Assembly (NCBI GenBank): GCA_963778555.1
Contig: CAVZUR010000004.1
Coordinates: forward strand, 26,190 to 90,189
DNA length: 64,000 nucleotides
Reading direction: 5' to 3'
Origin: Candidatus Moraniibacteriota bacterium
GTDB taxonomy: Bacteria; Patescibacteriota; Minisyncoccia; Moranbacterales; UBA1568
The translations under genes were made by a program, and so were the position numbers. The notes beneath the pieces are model-generated. The model was not told the origin of the DNA and did no database searches. It was given only the letters and a program-made list of their open reading frames with translations. Position 1 is the first letter of the stretch. Every line of letters begins with the position of its first letter. This document shows positions 30,017 through 40,323 of the stretch, piece after piece.

Positions 30017-30087
30017 CTGGGGCGCTAGGATTCGAACCTAGGGTCATGGGACCAGAACCCATTGCCTTACCGCTTGGCCACGCCCCA
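30017..30087 (-). tRNA. tRNA-Gln (anticodon CTG)
   Basis: TGGGGCGTGGCCAAGCGGTAAGGCAATGGGTTCTGGTCCCAT...GGTTCGAATCC...CGCCCCAG cloverleaf. CCA is not encoded. Confidence 0.96.
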
Positions 30088-30185
30088 AAATACTCCCCTA
30101 TCCTAGCCGAAAAGCGCATTTCAATCAAGAGAAAAAGCCGCCCCACCGGAATACGATGGTGACGGCTTGATACGAATCGAATCAA

Positions 30186-30836
30186 TCACTTCTGTGGCGG
30201 CGGCAGGAGGTGACGACCGCGCTCGAGCGCCCAGACAGCTTCTTCGAGCTCGTGAATGAGTAGCGTGAATTTTTCAGCCAACGGCAAGTAAATCGTCTTC
30301 GTTTCACGGATTTTCCGTTCGCGTTCTGCTTTGGTCCAGTGCCACAGTGTGCAGAGATTGTGCAACCGGTCGGGAAGTTTCCACTCAGCCGTCTCACGCG
30401 GGGCATCCTGCAAGAGGCTCATATGGTACCGCCAGAGACGTTCATCGGCGTCCCGGATGTGATCAAAGCGACGCTTATTCCCCCACTGTACGCGACTGGC
30501 GACTTCATTACCGAGAGAAGTCTGAATCCGGGTAATCGGGTAGCGCTTCGGCTGGTCTTCAGGGACATCATGCACCAAGCCGCCGGCAATCGCCTCAGAC
30601 TTATGAATTCGGAGGTGATTGAGCATGATAAGCGCCACAGCCCGAGGGTGTTCGAAATAGCGTTCGCCGCTATCGCGAAACTGTTCACGATGAGCGTCCT
30701 TCGCGATGTTGTAGGCTGTTTCGATAAGCGTGTATCCCGAGCTTCCGGGAACACAGATTTCACCGACCGCAAGGAAGAAGGCGCTGCGGTCACGTTGATT
30801 CGCTTTTAGGGTATGGATAAGCTTCTGGAGCGACAT
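30186..30836 (-). CDS. Stand-alone RelA/SpoT-type HD hydrolase domain protein
   Basis: AHREQFRDSGERYFEHP, GLVHDVPED, KLPDRLHN, ETKTIYLPLA. Confidence 0.88.
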   Translation of the reverse strand: MSLQKLIHTLKANQRDRSAFFLAVGEICVPGSSGYTLIETAYNIAKDAHREQFRDSGERYFEHPRAVALIMLNHLRIHKSEAIAGGLVHDVPEDQPKRYPITRIQTSLGNEVASRVQWGNKRRFDHIRDADERLWRYHMSLLQDAPRETAEWKLPDRLHNLCTLWHWTKAERERKIRETKTIYLPLAEKFTLLIHELEEAVWALERGRHLLPPPQK

Positions 30837-30967
30837 GCGACACCTGCCTTTCGGAATAGGATGTTAGAGAATGGAATTGATAAAGAGCAAGACGGCACAG
30901 GATAGCAAAAACCGCCTGAATGAGCAAGACGGTGATTGCATTGCGGCCAGGAAACTGTCAGAGTGTG

Positions 30968-31882
30968 CTACGTCTTTAGGTAACGATGGATGGCAATGAA
31001 ACCGGAGATGACGCCTAGGAAAACGCCGAGCAGAAGCGTCGTGACCGCGAGCGTCGGGAGGTAGGCGAAAAAGACTTGGAGAAGATTGCCTTGAGGGAAG
31101 GCGCCTTCGGTATAGCCAGCGAGACCATAGGCGGCCAGCGCGACAAGGCCGATGGCGGCTAGTCCCGCGCAAATCCCGTAGAGAATGCCCTCAAAGACGT
31201 ACGGCATGCGAACATAGAGGTTCGAGGCGCCGACGAGGCGCATAATCTCGAATTCCTGACGGTGCGAATAGATCGTGATGCGGATTGTGTTGAAGGTGAT
31301 GAGCACCGCGATGATCGCGAACGCGACCCCGAGCGAGAGGCCGAATTTCCGAGCGGCGTGACTAATCTGATTCAAACGCTCGAAGATGCGTCGGTTCTTT
31401 TCAAAATTTATACGACTGATATCTCCCTGATAGGGGGAATTTTCGAGCACGGTCGCAATTTTTTCATAATCTGCCTGATTTTTGGCGCGGATGACAAGCG
31501 AAGCGAGCAGTGGATTTTCACCGATTGCATCGATGGCCTGGCGGATGATAGGGTCATTGCCGTTATTGCCGAGAAAGTCCTCCAATGCTTTCTCCCGAGA
31601 GACGTACTCGACGGATGAAATCTCCCGGTATTTCTCGATATTTTGCCTGATCTCAAGCATCCGGCTCTCAGCCACATCCGGGTTGAAGGAGACGGTGACG
31701 CTGACCCGATTTTCCAGGTTGCTCACAATGAGGCGCGTACCGATGGTGATGAGGCCGGCCAAGCTGATAATGAAGAGCGAGAGCGAGAGTACAGTAATGG
31801 TCGCGAATGACAGCCAGCCATTGCGGCGGAAATTCGTCATCCCCTCCTTGAAGGTGCGCCAGAGTTTAAGCGTTCGTTGCAT
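30968..31882 (-). CDS. ftsX: Cell division permease FtsX
   Basis: RNGWLS, ENPL, NTIRITI, EFEIMRLVGAS. Follows ftsE. Confidence 0.93.
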   Translation of the reverse strand: MQRTLKLWRTFKEGMTNFRRNGWLSFATITVLSLSLFIISLAGLITIGTRLIVSNLENRVSVTVSFNPDVAESRMLEIRQNIEKYREISSVEYVSREKALEDFLGNNGNDPIIRQAIDAIGENPLLASLVIRAKNQADYEKIATVLENSPYQGDISRINFEKNRRIFERLNQISHAARKFGLSLGVAFAIIAVLITFNTIRITIYSHRQEFEIMRLVGASNLYVRMPYVFEGILYGICAGLAAIGLVALAAYGLAGYTEGAFPQGNLLQVFFAYLPTLAVTTLLLGVFLGVISGFIAIHRYLKT

Positions 31883-31885
31883 AGG

Positions 31886-32596
31886 CTAGGATTTGATATT
31901 GTATTTGCCATTCGCTTCATCATGCACGAGCCGGCCATCGACAAGTGAGATGACGCGCTTCCCGAGCTTGTCAACCACCTCTTTCTTGTGTGTTGCGATA
32001 ATGATCGTCGTTCCGTAGGAATTGATCTCGAGCAACAGATCAGTTATTTCATCCGTCGAGACAGGATCGAGATTACCGGTCGGTTCATCGGCGCAGATAA
32101 TCTGCGGGTGATGGATCAGGGCGCGAGCAATCGCGACGCGCTGCTGCTCGCCGCCGGACAGTTCGCGGGGAAACTTGTCTCCTTTCCCTCGCAAGCCGAC
32201 GATTTCTAAGAGTTCGCTCACTTCCTCCCGAATTTCCTTCGCCGATCGGCCATCGACCTCAAGTGCGTAGGCGATATTCTCGAAAGCGGTTTTTTGAGGC
32301 AGGAGTTTGTAGTCCTGGAAGACCGTGCCGATATTGCGTCGAAAGAATGGGAGTAACCGGCGATTGATGTCCTTAATCGGCCGCTCCTTGAAATAAACGA
32401 TTCCATCGGTCGGCACCTCTTCAGCATAGATCAGCTTCAGGAGAGTGGATTTCCCAGCACCGCTCATACCGACCAGCGAAATGAACTCCCCGGGCTGAAC
32501 AGTAAACGACACTCCCCGGAGCGCGCCGATGCCACCGGGATATTCCTTTGTTACATTCTCAAAAACAACAATCGGCTGGGATTCGTTTTTCAGCAT
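31886..32596 (-). CDS. ftsE: Cell division ATP-binding protein FtsE
   Basis: GMSGAGKST, VFQDYKLL, LSGGEQQRV, ADEPTGNLD. Confidence 0.95.
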   Translation of the reverse strand: MLKNESQPIVVFENVTKEYPGGIGALRGVSFTVQPGEFISLVGMSGAGKSTLLKLIYAEEVPTDGIVYFKERPIKDINRRLLPFFRRNIGTVFQDYKLLPQKTAFENIAYALEVDGRSAKEIREEVSELLEIVGLRGKGDKFPRELSGGEQQRVAIARALIHHPQIICADEPTGNLDPVSTDEITDLLLEINSYGTTIIIATHKKEVVDKLGKRVISLVDGRLVHDEANGKYNIKS

Positions 32597-32601
32597 GGAG
32601 T

Positions 32602-33703
32602 TTACTTTTTCTGTCTTTGCTCATATTGTAGCTCACTTTCGATAAAGCTGTCCAAGTTACCGTCGAGCACCGCTTGGGCATTACTTGTCTCCGTCTCAGT
32701 CCGATGATCCTTGACGAGCGTATAGGGATGGAGGACATAGGAACGGATCTGATTGCCAAAACCAGCGGACTTGAATTCGCCCCGAATCGACGCCTTCCGC
32801 TCAGCTTCATCCGCGAGCCGTTGCTGGAGGAGTTTTGACTTCAAGAGTTTCATCGCTTGTTCACGATTTTGAAGCTGTGAACGCTCGCTCTGGCAACTGA
32901 CAATGATGCCGCTCGCAACGTGCGTGAGCCGCACAGCAGATTCAGTCTTGTTCACATGCTGACCACCGGCACCCGAAGCCCGGAATGTATCGACTTGGAG
33001 ATCTTCAGGCTTGATGACGATGGACCGGTCCGTATCCGGCAAAACCGGCATCACCTCAACTGAAGCGAAGGATGTTTGACGGAGATTATTCGCGTTGAAT
33101 GGCGATAGCCGGACCAATCGGTGTACACCCATCTCGCCCTTGAGATAGCCATAGGCGTATCGACCCTGGACTTCAAAGGTCACACTTTTGATACCTGCTT
33201 CATTTCCCCGATTCTCATCAAGAATGGCCGTGCGAAAACTGCGTCGCTCGGCATAGCGCAAATACATCCGTAGCAGCATCTGGGCCCAATCCTGTGCCTC
33301 GGTCCCGCCGGCGCCGCTCCGGATTGTCAGGATGGCATGCGTGCTGTCATATTCACCGCCGAGGAGTAATTGGAACTCCCAACCTCGGACCGTCTGCTCA
33401 ATCGCCGCAATATCTTGCTCCAGTGCTGAACGATCGGCTTCCTCAAGACTTTCAATCGATGAAAGCTCTTCGGCATCCGCCATCGAACGTTCCAGCGCGT
33501 CAAAGTCAGCGATCTCTTGTTTCAGCGTATCGAGCGTCTGCATCGTGGTCGCCGCGGCTTCTGGAGCATCCCAAAAACCTGGGCGTTCTGACTCAGTCTG
33601 AAGTGAAGCAATGGTAGTCCGTTTCCCGTCCCAATCAAAGATAGTCCCGCAAGCGGGAATACTGGGTACGGAGAGCAACGAGACGTCGTTTCAGTTCTTC
33701 CAT
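32602..33703 (-). CDS. prfB: Peptide chain release factor 2 with programmed +1 frameshift
   Basis: ATG 33703, 22 codons ending ...GAC TAT CTT TGA T (33640-33634), then the +1 frame. SPF and GGQ motifs. Confidence 0.96.
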
Positions 33704-33817
33704 AGGGTGGTGGGTGCTTCTATCCTAACACGAGGCGAGAATCGCGCGCGCTTGATTCTTCGTCCCAATTTGCTACGATAGAGGGCGTTACTCTTGGGGT
33801 ATGAAACACGGCGGAAT

Positions 33818-33890
33818 GCCACCTTAGCTCAGTTGGTAGAGCGGCGCACTCGTAACGCGCAGGTCTCCAGTTCAATCCTGGAAGGTGGCT
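33818..33890 (+). tRNA. tRNA-Thr (anticodon CGT)
   Basis: GCCACCTTAGCTCAGTTGGTAGAGCGGCGCACTCGTAACGCGCAGG...GTTCAATCC...AGGTGGCT. Confidence 0.95.
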
Positions 33891-33959
33891 CATCAGTGAC
33901 ACAGGGAGGGAATCAGCGCACGGTCTCCCGTGATTCTCCGTGTGAGGCACGCGGCTCAA

Positions 33960-34994
33960 TCACGGAGCCAACGCGGCATCCACGAGCGCTTTCAGGTCGG
34001 CGTACGGTGCGGCGCCGGAAATGAATTCGCGATTTACGAATGTCGCTGGAACAGATTCGATGCCAAAATCTTCGGCTCGTTTCTTATCGGCCGTAACTTT
34101 TTCAACAAAAACTCCAGTCTCAAGGCAGCGTACAAAGGCAGGTGCATCCAAACCCTTCACGCGCCAGGCATAGTCCCTGAAACGCCGTTCGCCGCCCTCC
34201 TTCCCCCATTCGTTCCGACGTTCGAAAAGCACGTCAGCGTATGGTAGGAATTGGTTCTGAGCAGCGGCGCACTGACTCGCTTCGGCAGCCGTGACGGCCT
34301 GAGCATGGCTCGCCAGCGGGAAATGCTTCCAGACGATGCGTATTTGTCCCTCGTATTCCGTGAGGAGGCGTTTGTAATTCGTGTGGTATTCCTGACAATA
34401 TTGGCATTGGAAATCGGAAAAAATAAGCAGCGTCACGGGCGCTGTCGGTGCGCCGAGGATGATATCGTTCGCACCCGTTTCCGGGGCGTTCAGATAGCGT
34501 CCGATCGGCATGCCGATCTTGTGCATATCGAAAACAAAGTCCCCATTTTCTTCGCGAAAAAGCGGTTCCGCCTGAGTATAGAACTCGGTCTGTTTGACCG
34601 TTGGGCCAAAGATAAACGCTGGAACTGTCATCAATCGGAAGGCCGTTACCAGGCGCTGCCCCTCCAGACTGGCAACATCTATGCGTTCGGCCTCGATCGT
34701 CGGCACAATGCGCCGGAGCCACAATAAAGCCTCGCTCGGATCGCACTGAGCGCACGTCGCATCATTGATGATCTGGAGCTCGACTTTCGGCTCGCTATAA
34801 CCGACCCAAGTCTTCCCGCCTGTCACCAGTACATCGTGCGACTGGATAGCGGGACCCGAGAATCCACTCCCCGTTACCAGTTCGCCGATATCGACAAAGA
34901 GACTGCCGATAAACAAGCCACTCAGTACCACAATCACGGACCAGAGGTTGCGCCGGTCGTTCTTCCATAGGCTCCACCATTCATTCCACATCAT
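33960..34994 (-). CDS. DsbA-family thioredoxin-fold protein with an extra N-terminal CxxC domain
   Basis: FSDFQCQYC, KHFPL, cis-Pro VPATF, and an N-terminal CAQC. Confidence 0.9.
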   Translation of the reverse strand: MMWNEWWSLWKNDRRNLWSVIVVLSGLFIGSLFVDIGELVTGSGFSGPAIQSHDVLVTGGKTWVGYSEPKVELQIINDATCAQCDPSEALLWLRRIVPTIEAERIDVASLEGQRLVTAFRLMTVPAFIFGPTVKQTEFYTQAEPLFREENGDFVFDMHKIGMPIGRYLNAPETGANDIILGAPTAPVTLLIFSDFQCQYCQEYHTNYKRLLTEYEGQIRIVWKHFPLASHAQAVTAAEASQCAAAQNQFLPYADVLFERRNEWGKEGGERRFRDYAWRVKGLDAPAFVRCLETGVFVEKVTADKKRAEDFGIESVPATFVNREFISGAAPYADLKALVDAALAP

Positions 34995-35011
34995 CGAGTT
35001 GTGTTTAGTAA

Positions 35012-35404
35012 TTACTCAGCCGCGTCGAGGCGATCGTCAGCGGACTGATCGCAGGCCGGATACGCGATCTTTTCGCTGACCGGCAGAGCGGCCCCATCCT
35101 GGAGAGCTTCCTGACGCAGAGCATTCAGATCATACAACTGTGCGGCCGGCTTGAGTCGATAGTCCTCGTAACCAATCGTGACGGCGGAATGAGCGGCTGA
35201 TTTCAGGATGAGGCCGAGACAGAGTCCGAGTACGAACAGAGCCGCCCACAACAATAGAGTCACTCGACGAGGGTACCGCCGATACCAACGCCGTAGTTCC
35301 GCATACATATCACCATAGTCCTGTGATAATTCGCTCGCTACCGGACGCCAAGAAATGATCTTTTCCTTGAGGCGAACTAAGAGCTTCGACAGTGTGCTTT
35401 CCAT
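35012..35404 (-). CDS. Hypothetical single-TM protein
   Basis: TM helix followed by TIGYEDY. Confidence 0.65.
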   Translation of the reverse strand: MESTLSKLLVRLKEKIISWRPVASELSQDYGDMYAELRRWYRRYPRRVTLLLWAALFVLGLCLGLILKSAAHSAVTIGYEDYRLKPAAQLYDLNALRQEALQDGAALPVSEKIAYPACDQSADDRLDAAE

Positions 35405-35474
35405 AGCAGAACAGACTAGCATGTGTGCCGCTTCCATGACAAGCGCTCGTCGGACGCGGCGCTCCCCGAGCGCA

Positions 35475-36198
35475 TCAGCGTCCAGGGGCTCGGAATGTCT
35501 GGAAGATGCCCGACGTGTCGCTCTGCCAATCGCTCACCCAGCCTTCGCAATTCGTAGATCGAAGGCAGGTTGCGTCCCAGCCCGAGTAGTCGCTCTTTGC
35601 ATCACGCCAATAATCCATGCCAAATTGGAGCCGGGCTGGGCCGCTGATCTTGGCTTCGACTTCGACGCTATAGTGCATCGTCGGATCGAGCCTGAGCCGC
35701 GGTTCCGTCCAACCATGATAGACGCGCAGCGGCACACGACCGATACTGAGACTCAGTCCCGTCTTCTGAGGCTGAGGCGATGTTCACCCAGCTATCTCCT
35801 TCAGTTTCTCCGAACCACTGCGGGATGCGTGGGAATAGCCGGCCCACAAAGCGCGTTTGATCACGCGGGTCGACTTCCTCAATAACTGTTTCCATGCCGC
35901 GCTCATTTTTGGCAATGATGCGGATTTTTCTGAGTTCGACCGTCGGTGGAGGTAACTGCGTATCTGCGCAGGGAATCGCTGTCGCAATATTCACCCAGCC
36001 GACGAGCGTGGTATATCCTGGCGGAATCTGATCCCAGTGGATCGTTTCTCTCTCCCAGATCGCTCCTGCCGGTGCGCGCTCTGACCAATCGGACTGATCT
36101 GGACAATCAACGCTTACCGGCACCGAAAAATACCCCCAAATAAGGGAGCCTGCGACCGCAGCAAGGACGATGAGTCCGATCCGGAGAGAACGAGGCAT
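35475..36198 (-). CDS. Secreted hypothetical protein (frameshift near 35757)
   Basis: Signal anchor. Two ORF-track fragments join across a GGG run. Confidence 0.6.
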
Positions 36199-36335
36199 AG
36201 AGTCTGCCCAAAAAATATTGAATAGCAACGCTGTCCTGACGGTTGACAAATGTAGCATATATGTGTAGAATAATCAAATGCTCTTTTCCAATTCTTGCTC
36301 CCCATCCACAACCACACTGAAAGGAAGTGCGCTTC

Positions 36336-36872
36336 ATGTCCCAAACATTCCCTCATTGGATCGACAGCTACTCGGTACCATTGGATGATGAATCGACGGC
36401 CCGTTTCGTTCAAATGCGCTTGGACGCTGATCAGTCGCCGAGAAACCTGGACACACTCCGCGAGATACTCGCGGCCGAGAACGGACATTCACCCTGGGCA
36501 TATGGCTATTCAATCGACCAGGCACGCGGCCGTTTTGTTGCGCTGGCCATGACCGAAGACACGAGCGAGGTCATTGGCCTCGCCCATTGTTTCCAGCTCG
36601 AACAACGCGGTTTGTATTTCGGTCTCGTGACCGCGGTGGTCGTACTGCCAGAGTATCGTCGACGCGGTATCGGAAAGGCACTTCTCTCAGAAACGGGGTT
36701 CGTGTTACAGAACACACGTCGTGTCCGAGCCGCCCGGCCCGCTCAATCTCGGGCCATCGCCACTATCGTTCCGGCTCGCAATCAACGGGCGTTAAATTTT
36801 TTCCAGCACAGCGGGTATACCGCTATGTGCAAGGGCGATCTCTATCACCTCAACCGCCCGCTTTCCCAATGA
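36336..36872 (+). CDS. GNAT family acetyltransferase
   Basis: VVVLPEYRRRGIGKALL motif A, NQRALNFFQHSGY motif B. Confidence 0.88.
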   Translation: MSQTFPHWIDSYSVPLDDESTARFVQMRLDADQSPRNLDTLREILAAENGHSPWAYGYSIDQARGRFVALAMTEDTSEVIGLAHCFQLEQRGLYFGLVTAVVVLPEYRRRGIGKALLSETGFVLQNTRRVRAARPAQSRAIATIVPARNQRALNFFQHSGYTAMCKGDLYHLNRPLSQ

Positions 36873-36898
36873 GTGCAACCGATCAGGAGCCACCAGCT

Positions 36899-37048
36899 AT
36901 GACCCAAACCCACAAGCGTCCGCCCGGTTTTCGTCGCTACAAGAGCGAAAAGAAGAAGTCTGGAGATACCAAGCGTCGCCAGCGAGAGCGGCGCGGTATC
37001 GAATTCGCCAAGAAGCAAAAGCAAATCGAGAATCGAACCAAACATTAA
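36899..37048 (+). CDS. Small highly basic protein (49 aa)
   Basis: AGGAG 9 nt before ATG. MTQTHKRPPGFRRYKSEKKKSGDTKRRQRERRG..., followed by a terminator. Confidence 0.55.
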   Translation: MTQTHKRPPGFRRYKSEKKKSGDTKRRQRERRGIEFAKKQKQIENRTKH

Positions 37049-37102
37049 GTCGGCATGTCCGACTGAACGAAGGCGGCCTCAGTCTTACGACCGGCCGTTT
37101 TT

Positions 37103-37585
37103 TTATAGTGGCAGTTCGGCAGAATTGAAAAGCACAGCGAAATCCTCGCACCACGTCAGTACATAACGATATTTCGAGAGATCAGTTCCGGCCGGAATCG
37201 GATAGTTTATATTGCCTTCAGTGCCCCGGAGGGGTCCCAAATCCACAAAATCAGTTGCCTGTATATCCGTGGCGAGGTAAACACGGACATCTGGCCCATT
37301 GATCGTCTTATAGTCTTCGTAACGCACATACCGTGTCGTTCCTTCCGCTACGACTCGGACGAACCCTGAAGCCGGATGAGCTACGGTTGGAATGACCGGC
37401 GACCGAGCCATCGTATCCTCCCGCCTCTCATTCTCGGCGACAGAAATTGTTGTTCCCGTATCCAACGGACCCGCCCCTACAGGAAGCGCATCATTAACGA
37501 ACCGATTCATGAAGAGCGGCGAGAGCGCATACCAGGCAATGCCTATGATGAGCGCTGAACCAACGATGATGACAAACTTCTTCAT
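37103..37585 (-). CDS. DM13 domain protein
   Basis: NGPDVRVYL, DLGPLRGTEGNINY, WCEDFAVLFNSAEL. Confidence 0.9.
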   Translation of the reverse strand: MKKFVIIVGSALIIGIAWYALSPLFMNRFVNDALPVGAGPLDTGTTISVAENERREDTMARSPVIPTVAHPASGFVRVVAEGTTRYVRYEDYKTINGPDVRVYLATDIQATDFVDLGPLRGTEGNINYPIPAGTDLSKYRYVLTWCEDFAVLFNSAELPL

Positions 37586-37691
37586 ACGTGTATGCTGTCA
37601 GTATATCACCGACGCCGGCCATTGGAGCTTGCTCACCAATGAGTAATCTGCTACGGTTTCGCCACTTGTCACTTCCCAACCAGGAGTTCCA

Positions 37692-38213
37692 ATGAAAAAG
37701 TCACTCCGTATTTTCAGCCCCGGATTCCCCGAAGCCGACCCGTTGTCGGACGTTGAGCTGAGTCGCCTCACTGAGATTACGCGTCAGACGTATCGGGATG
37801 TCAGTCTCCAGCTCGTCTATCCGCAAGTTCGCTATCGGCTCCTCGCCTTCCAGTCCAGCCTCAACTATCCTTGGCCCGGGAAACCCTTTTGTTTCCTCGA
37901 GCTGGACATCACCCGCGAGCCAGGGATGCCGCCGTACGGCATCGTCACTCATTGCTGGATTGCAGCTCCGCATCCGGCGGTCAATCAAATGCGTGCGGTC
38001 TTTGGCCAGCTGATGGATCTCTGTTCGGAGCCAAGCCTGGCGTTGCGCTTCGTGCATATCGCACTCAGTCCGTTCCAGGTGCGAAAAATCGGCGGGCAGC
38101 AAATATTGCAGTTCTTCAAATTTGAACGCATTGCGAACGAGAACCGAGCCACGATCGGCTGTACGATGTTCCGACGTCTCGTGAAGCCGCTTGACACTAT
38201 TCGCCTTCGCTGA
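37692..38213 (+). CDS. Hypothetical protein, possibly a degenerate GNAT fold
   Basis: AGGAG SD. YGIVTHCWIA and FKFERIA segments align loosely with the neighbouring GNATs. Confidence 0.55.
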   Translation: MKKSLRIFSPGFPEADPLSDVELSRLTEITRQTYRDVSLQLVYPQVRYRLLAFQSSLNYPWPGKPFCFLELDITREPGMPPYGIVTHCWIAAPHPAVNQMRAVFGQLMDLCSEPSLALRFVHIALSPFQVRKIGGQQILQFFKFERIANENRATIGCTMFRRLVKPLDTIRLR

Positions 38214-38281
38214 AGGCAGCACGCAAATCGCTCAAGGCAGACGCTCGCCCACTCAGAAAACAATCTGCAGTGGGGAATTTT

Positions 38282-38850
38282 TTATCCGAAAACCGCGTGC
38301 AAGAGTCCGTCGCGTCCTTCACCGGTCTTGGCCGAGTGACGGATTACCGGCGCGGGAGAAAATTCTTTTTCGAACGATCGAATATTTGCTTCCACATCTA
38401 TCCGTCGTCCCTTATCGCATTTATTGGCGAGAATTACGACGGGCGGCCATATTCGCTCAGCAGTTTGAAGATCTCGCGGTCAGAATCTTTAGCACCGATT
38501 TCGGCATCGAGGATAAGAACTGCTGCCCGGATATCGATAGACATATCGGCCGCAAACCACGAAATATAACCAGCCATCTTTTTCCGGAGCGCCCCCGGTA
38601 CATTGGCATAGCCATAGCCCGGCAAATCCGCGAGATACCACGAATCGTTTATCAGAAAGTAGTTGATCTCCGTCGTCCGGCCAGCACGTTTATTGGCATG
38701 CGCCAAATCCTTCTGTCGCGTCAGGGCATTAATTACGCTTGATTTTCCGACATTCGAGCGGCCAAAAAACGCCACCGTCGGTCGGGACGGTTTGGGCAGT
38801 CCCTCGGAGCCGACGACTCCTTTGACGAACGTGGCGCGCTTGATTTCCAT
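38282..38850 (-). CDS. engB: Ribosome biogenesis GTPase YihA/EngB (frameshift near 38440)
   Basis: GRSNVGKSS and DLPGYG, then in the shifted frame ANKCD and HSAKTGEG. Confidence 0.93.
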
Positions 38851-39009
38851 GGCCGCGGACTTTACACGTGAATTGCTCAAAGCGTTCATTATATTGACAG
38901 GAAAAAGCGAGTATGGCAAACGGAATTATAAGGAACTATTGACAGGACTGTAGTTTCGTAGTATAAATTTGTTAATTCCTTAACAACCACTCCGACAAGG
39001 AGATCCGCC

Positions 39010-39582
39010 ATGGGTACGAATCACCTCTACCAGGAAGATGCGCTCTGCCGCATCATTCGGCTCCACTTTCCACCGAAACCGCACCGTGCGACGAAATGGA
39101 ATCGGTTTGTCCACGAGATGCATCCCAATGCAATCAAAAGCATGCATCAGCTCGAAAAGGAGTTACGGCTCCACTCATTCGGACCGCGACCCTATGCGGA
39201 GCTCTGCGCCGGTGAAAGCCATCACGTCTTCTGGGCCTTCGAACACGGTCTTGAAAACAAAGTGCTTGGCATGATGTGTTGCACCCCGCTCGAGGCTTTT
39301 GGGAACCGCTTTGGCGTCATCCACGACGCGATCGTGCTGTGCCAGCACCAACAGCGCGGCATCGCGACCGAACTGCTCGAAGCCATCATCGCCTGGACCC
39401 GGGAAGAGGCATACTCGAAGGGAGTAACACCAATTACGACGCTCCAGACCTGTGTTGCACGGGAGCTGACAGCTGCGACACACTTTCTCATGCGACGTGG
39501 TTTTCGCCGGACTACCGAGGATGACTGTCCGTACTATGAACGCGACATTCGCCCAGGCGAATACCGACCCGCATCGATATAA
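39010..39582 (+). CDS. GNAT family acetyltransferase
   Basis: IHDAIVLCQHQQRGIATELL, AATHFLMRRGF. Confidence 0.85.
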   Translation: MGTNHLYQEDALCRIIRLHFPPKPHRATKWNRFVHEMHPNAIKSMHQLEKELRLHSFGPRPYAELCAGESHHVFWAFEHGLENKVLGMMCCTPLEAFGNRFGVIHDAIVLCQHQQRGIATELLEAIIAWTREEAYSKGVTPITTLQTCVARELTAATHFLMRRGFRRTTEDDCPYYERDIRPGEYRPASI

Positions 39583-39679
39583 CTGACTCACTCAGACTTG
39601 TGCCCGTTCGGCGACTGCCAGACGGGTCTTTTTTTACCAAAAAAAAGACGCCCCTCAGGGCGCCTTTCTCTATGACAAC

Positions 39680-40117
39680 TTAATTATCATCTGAACCACG
39701 GCCTCGGCCGCGTCCCTGATGGTCATCGCCTGCTTCCTTTTCATGTTTCCTCAACCCGAACTTCTCGAGCACATTGGAAAGATGATGCTGGCGGCGGGTC
39801 TTGATGCGTTCTCGAAGTACTTCCCCGGTCAAGGCATCGATACGGAAGTCGCCACGCTGGAGTCCGTCAGTCGAGCGGATACGGATCTGCCACACCGCTT
39901 TACCCTCTTTACACTTGAGTCTCGCTTTTGTGACTGTCCCCGCGAGCTTAGTCTGGGCTGTGGCAATTGCCTGAGCCTCAGTCACCGTTGCAGCGGCCTT
40001 GAGGGCGACGCAGGCGGCACTGGTGAAGCCATCATCTGATCCATTACTGGCGAGCACCGGCAAACCCGGCAGAGCGAGAACCAAAGCGAACGCCCCGAGC
40101 ACTAACTTCTTCAGCAT
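39680..40117 (-). CDS. Secreted PepSY domain protein
   Basis: Signal peptide, VTEAQAIATA...WQIRI...IDALTGEVL. Confidence 0.8.
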   Translation of the reverse strand: MLKKLVLGAFALVLALPGLPVLASNGSDDGFTSAACVALKAAATVTEAQAIATAQTKLAGTVTKARLKCKEGKAVWQIRIRSTDGLQRGDFRIDALTGEVLRERIKTRRQHHLSNVLEKFGLRKHEKEAGDDHQGRGRGRGSDDN

Positions 40118-40323
40118 AGCGTTGATGTAAATGTTTAGCTGCATAGGTATGACGCCCCTCCGCGGCCAATCTTTCAGCCCTCGAGTGAGCGTCTGGGGTG
40201 GCATGTCAAGACTTCTCGACTTGACTTTATTGAGAAATCGAAGTAGGATATTGCATTGCTTCGTCGAAGCGATCAATGTGGCCTGTGCTGCATTGCCCGT
40301 ACCTTCCCCAGAGGAGATTCGAA

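Noticed and set aside
30017-33955. tRNA-anchored genomic island
   Set aside because: No integrase and no duplicated tRNA 3' end were seen. The flanking genes are mostly housekeeping.
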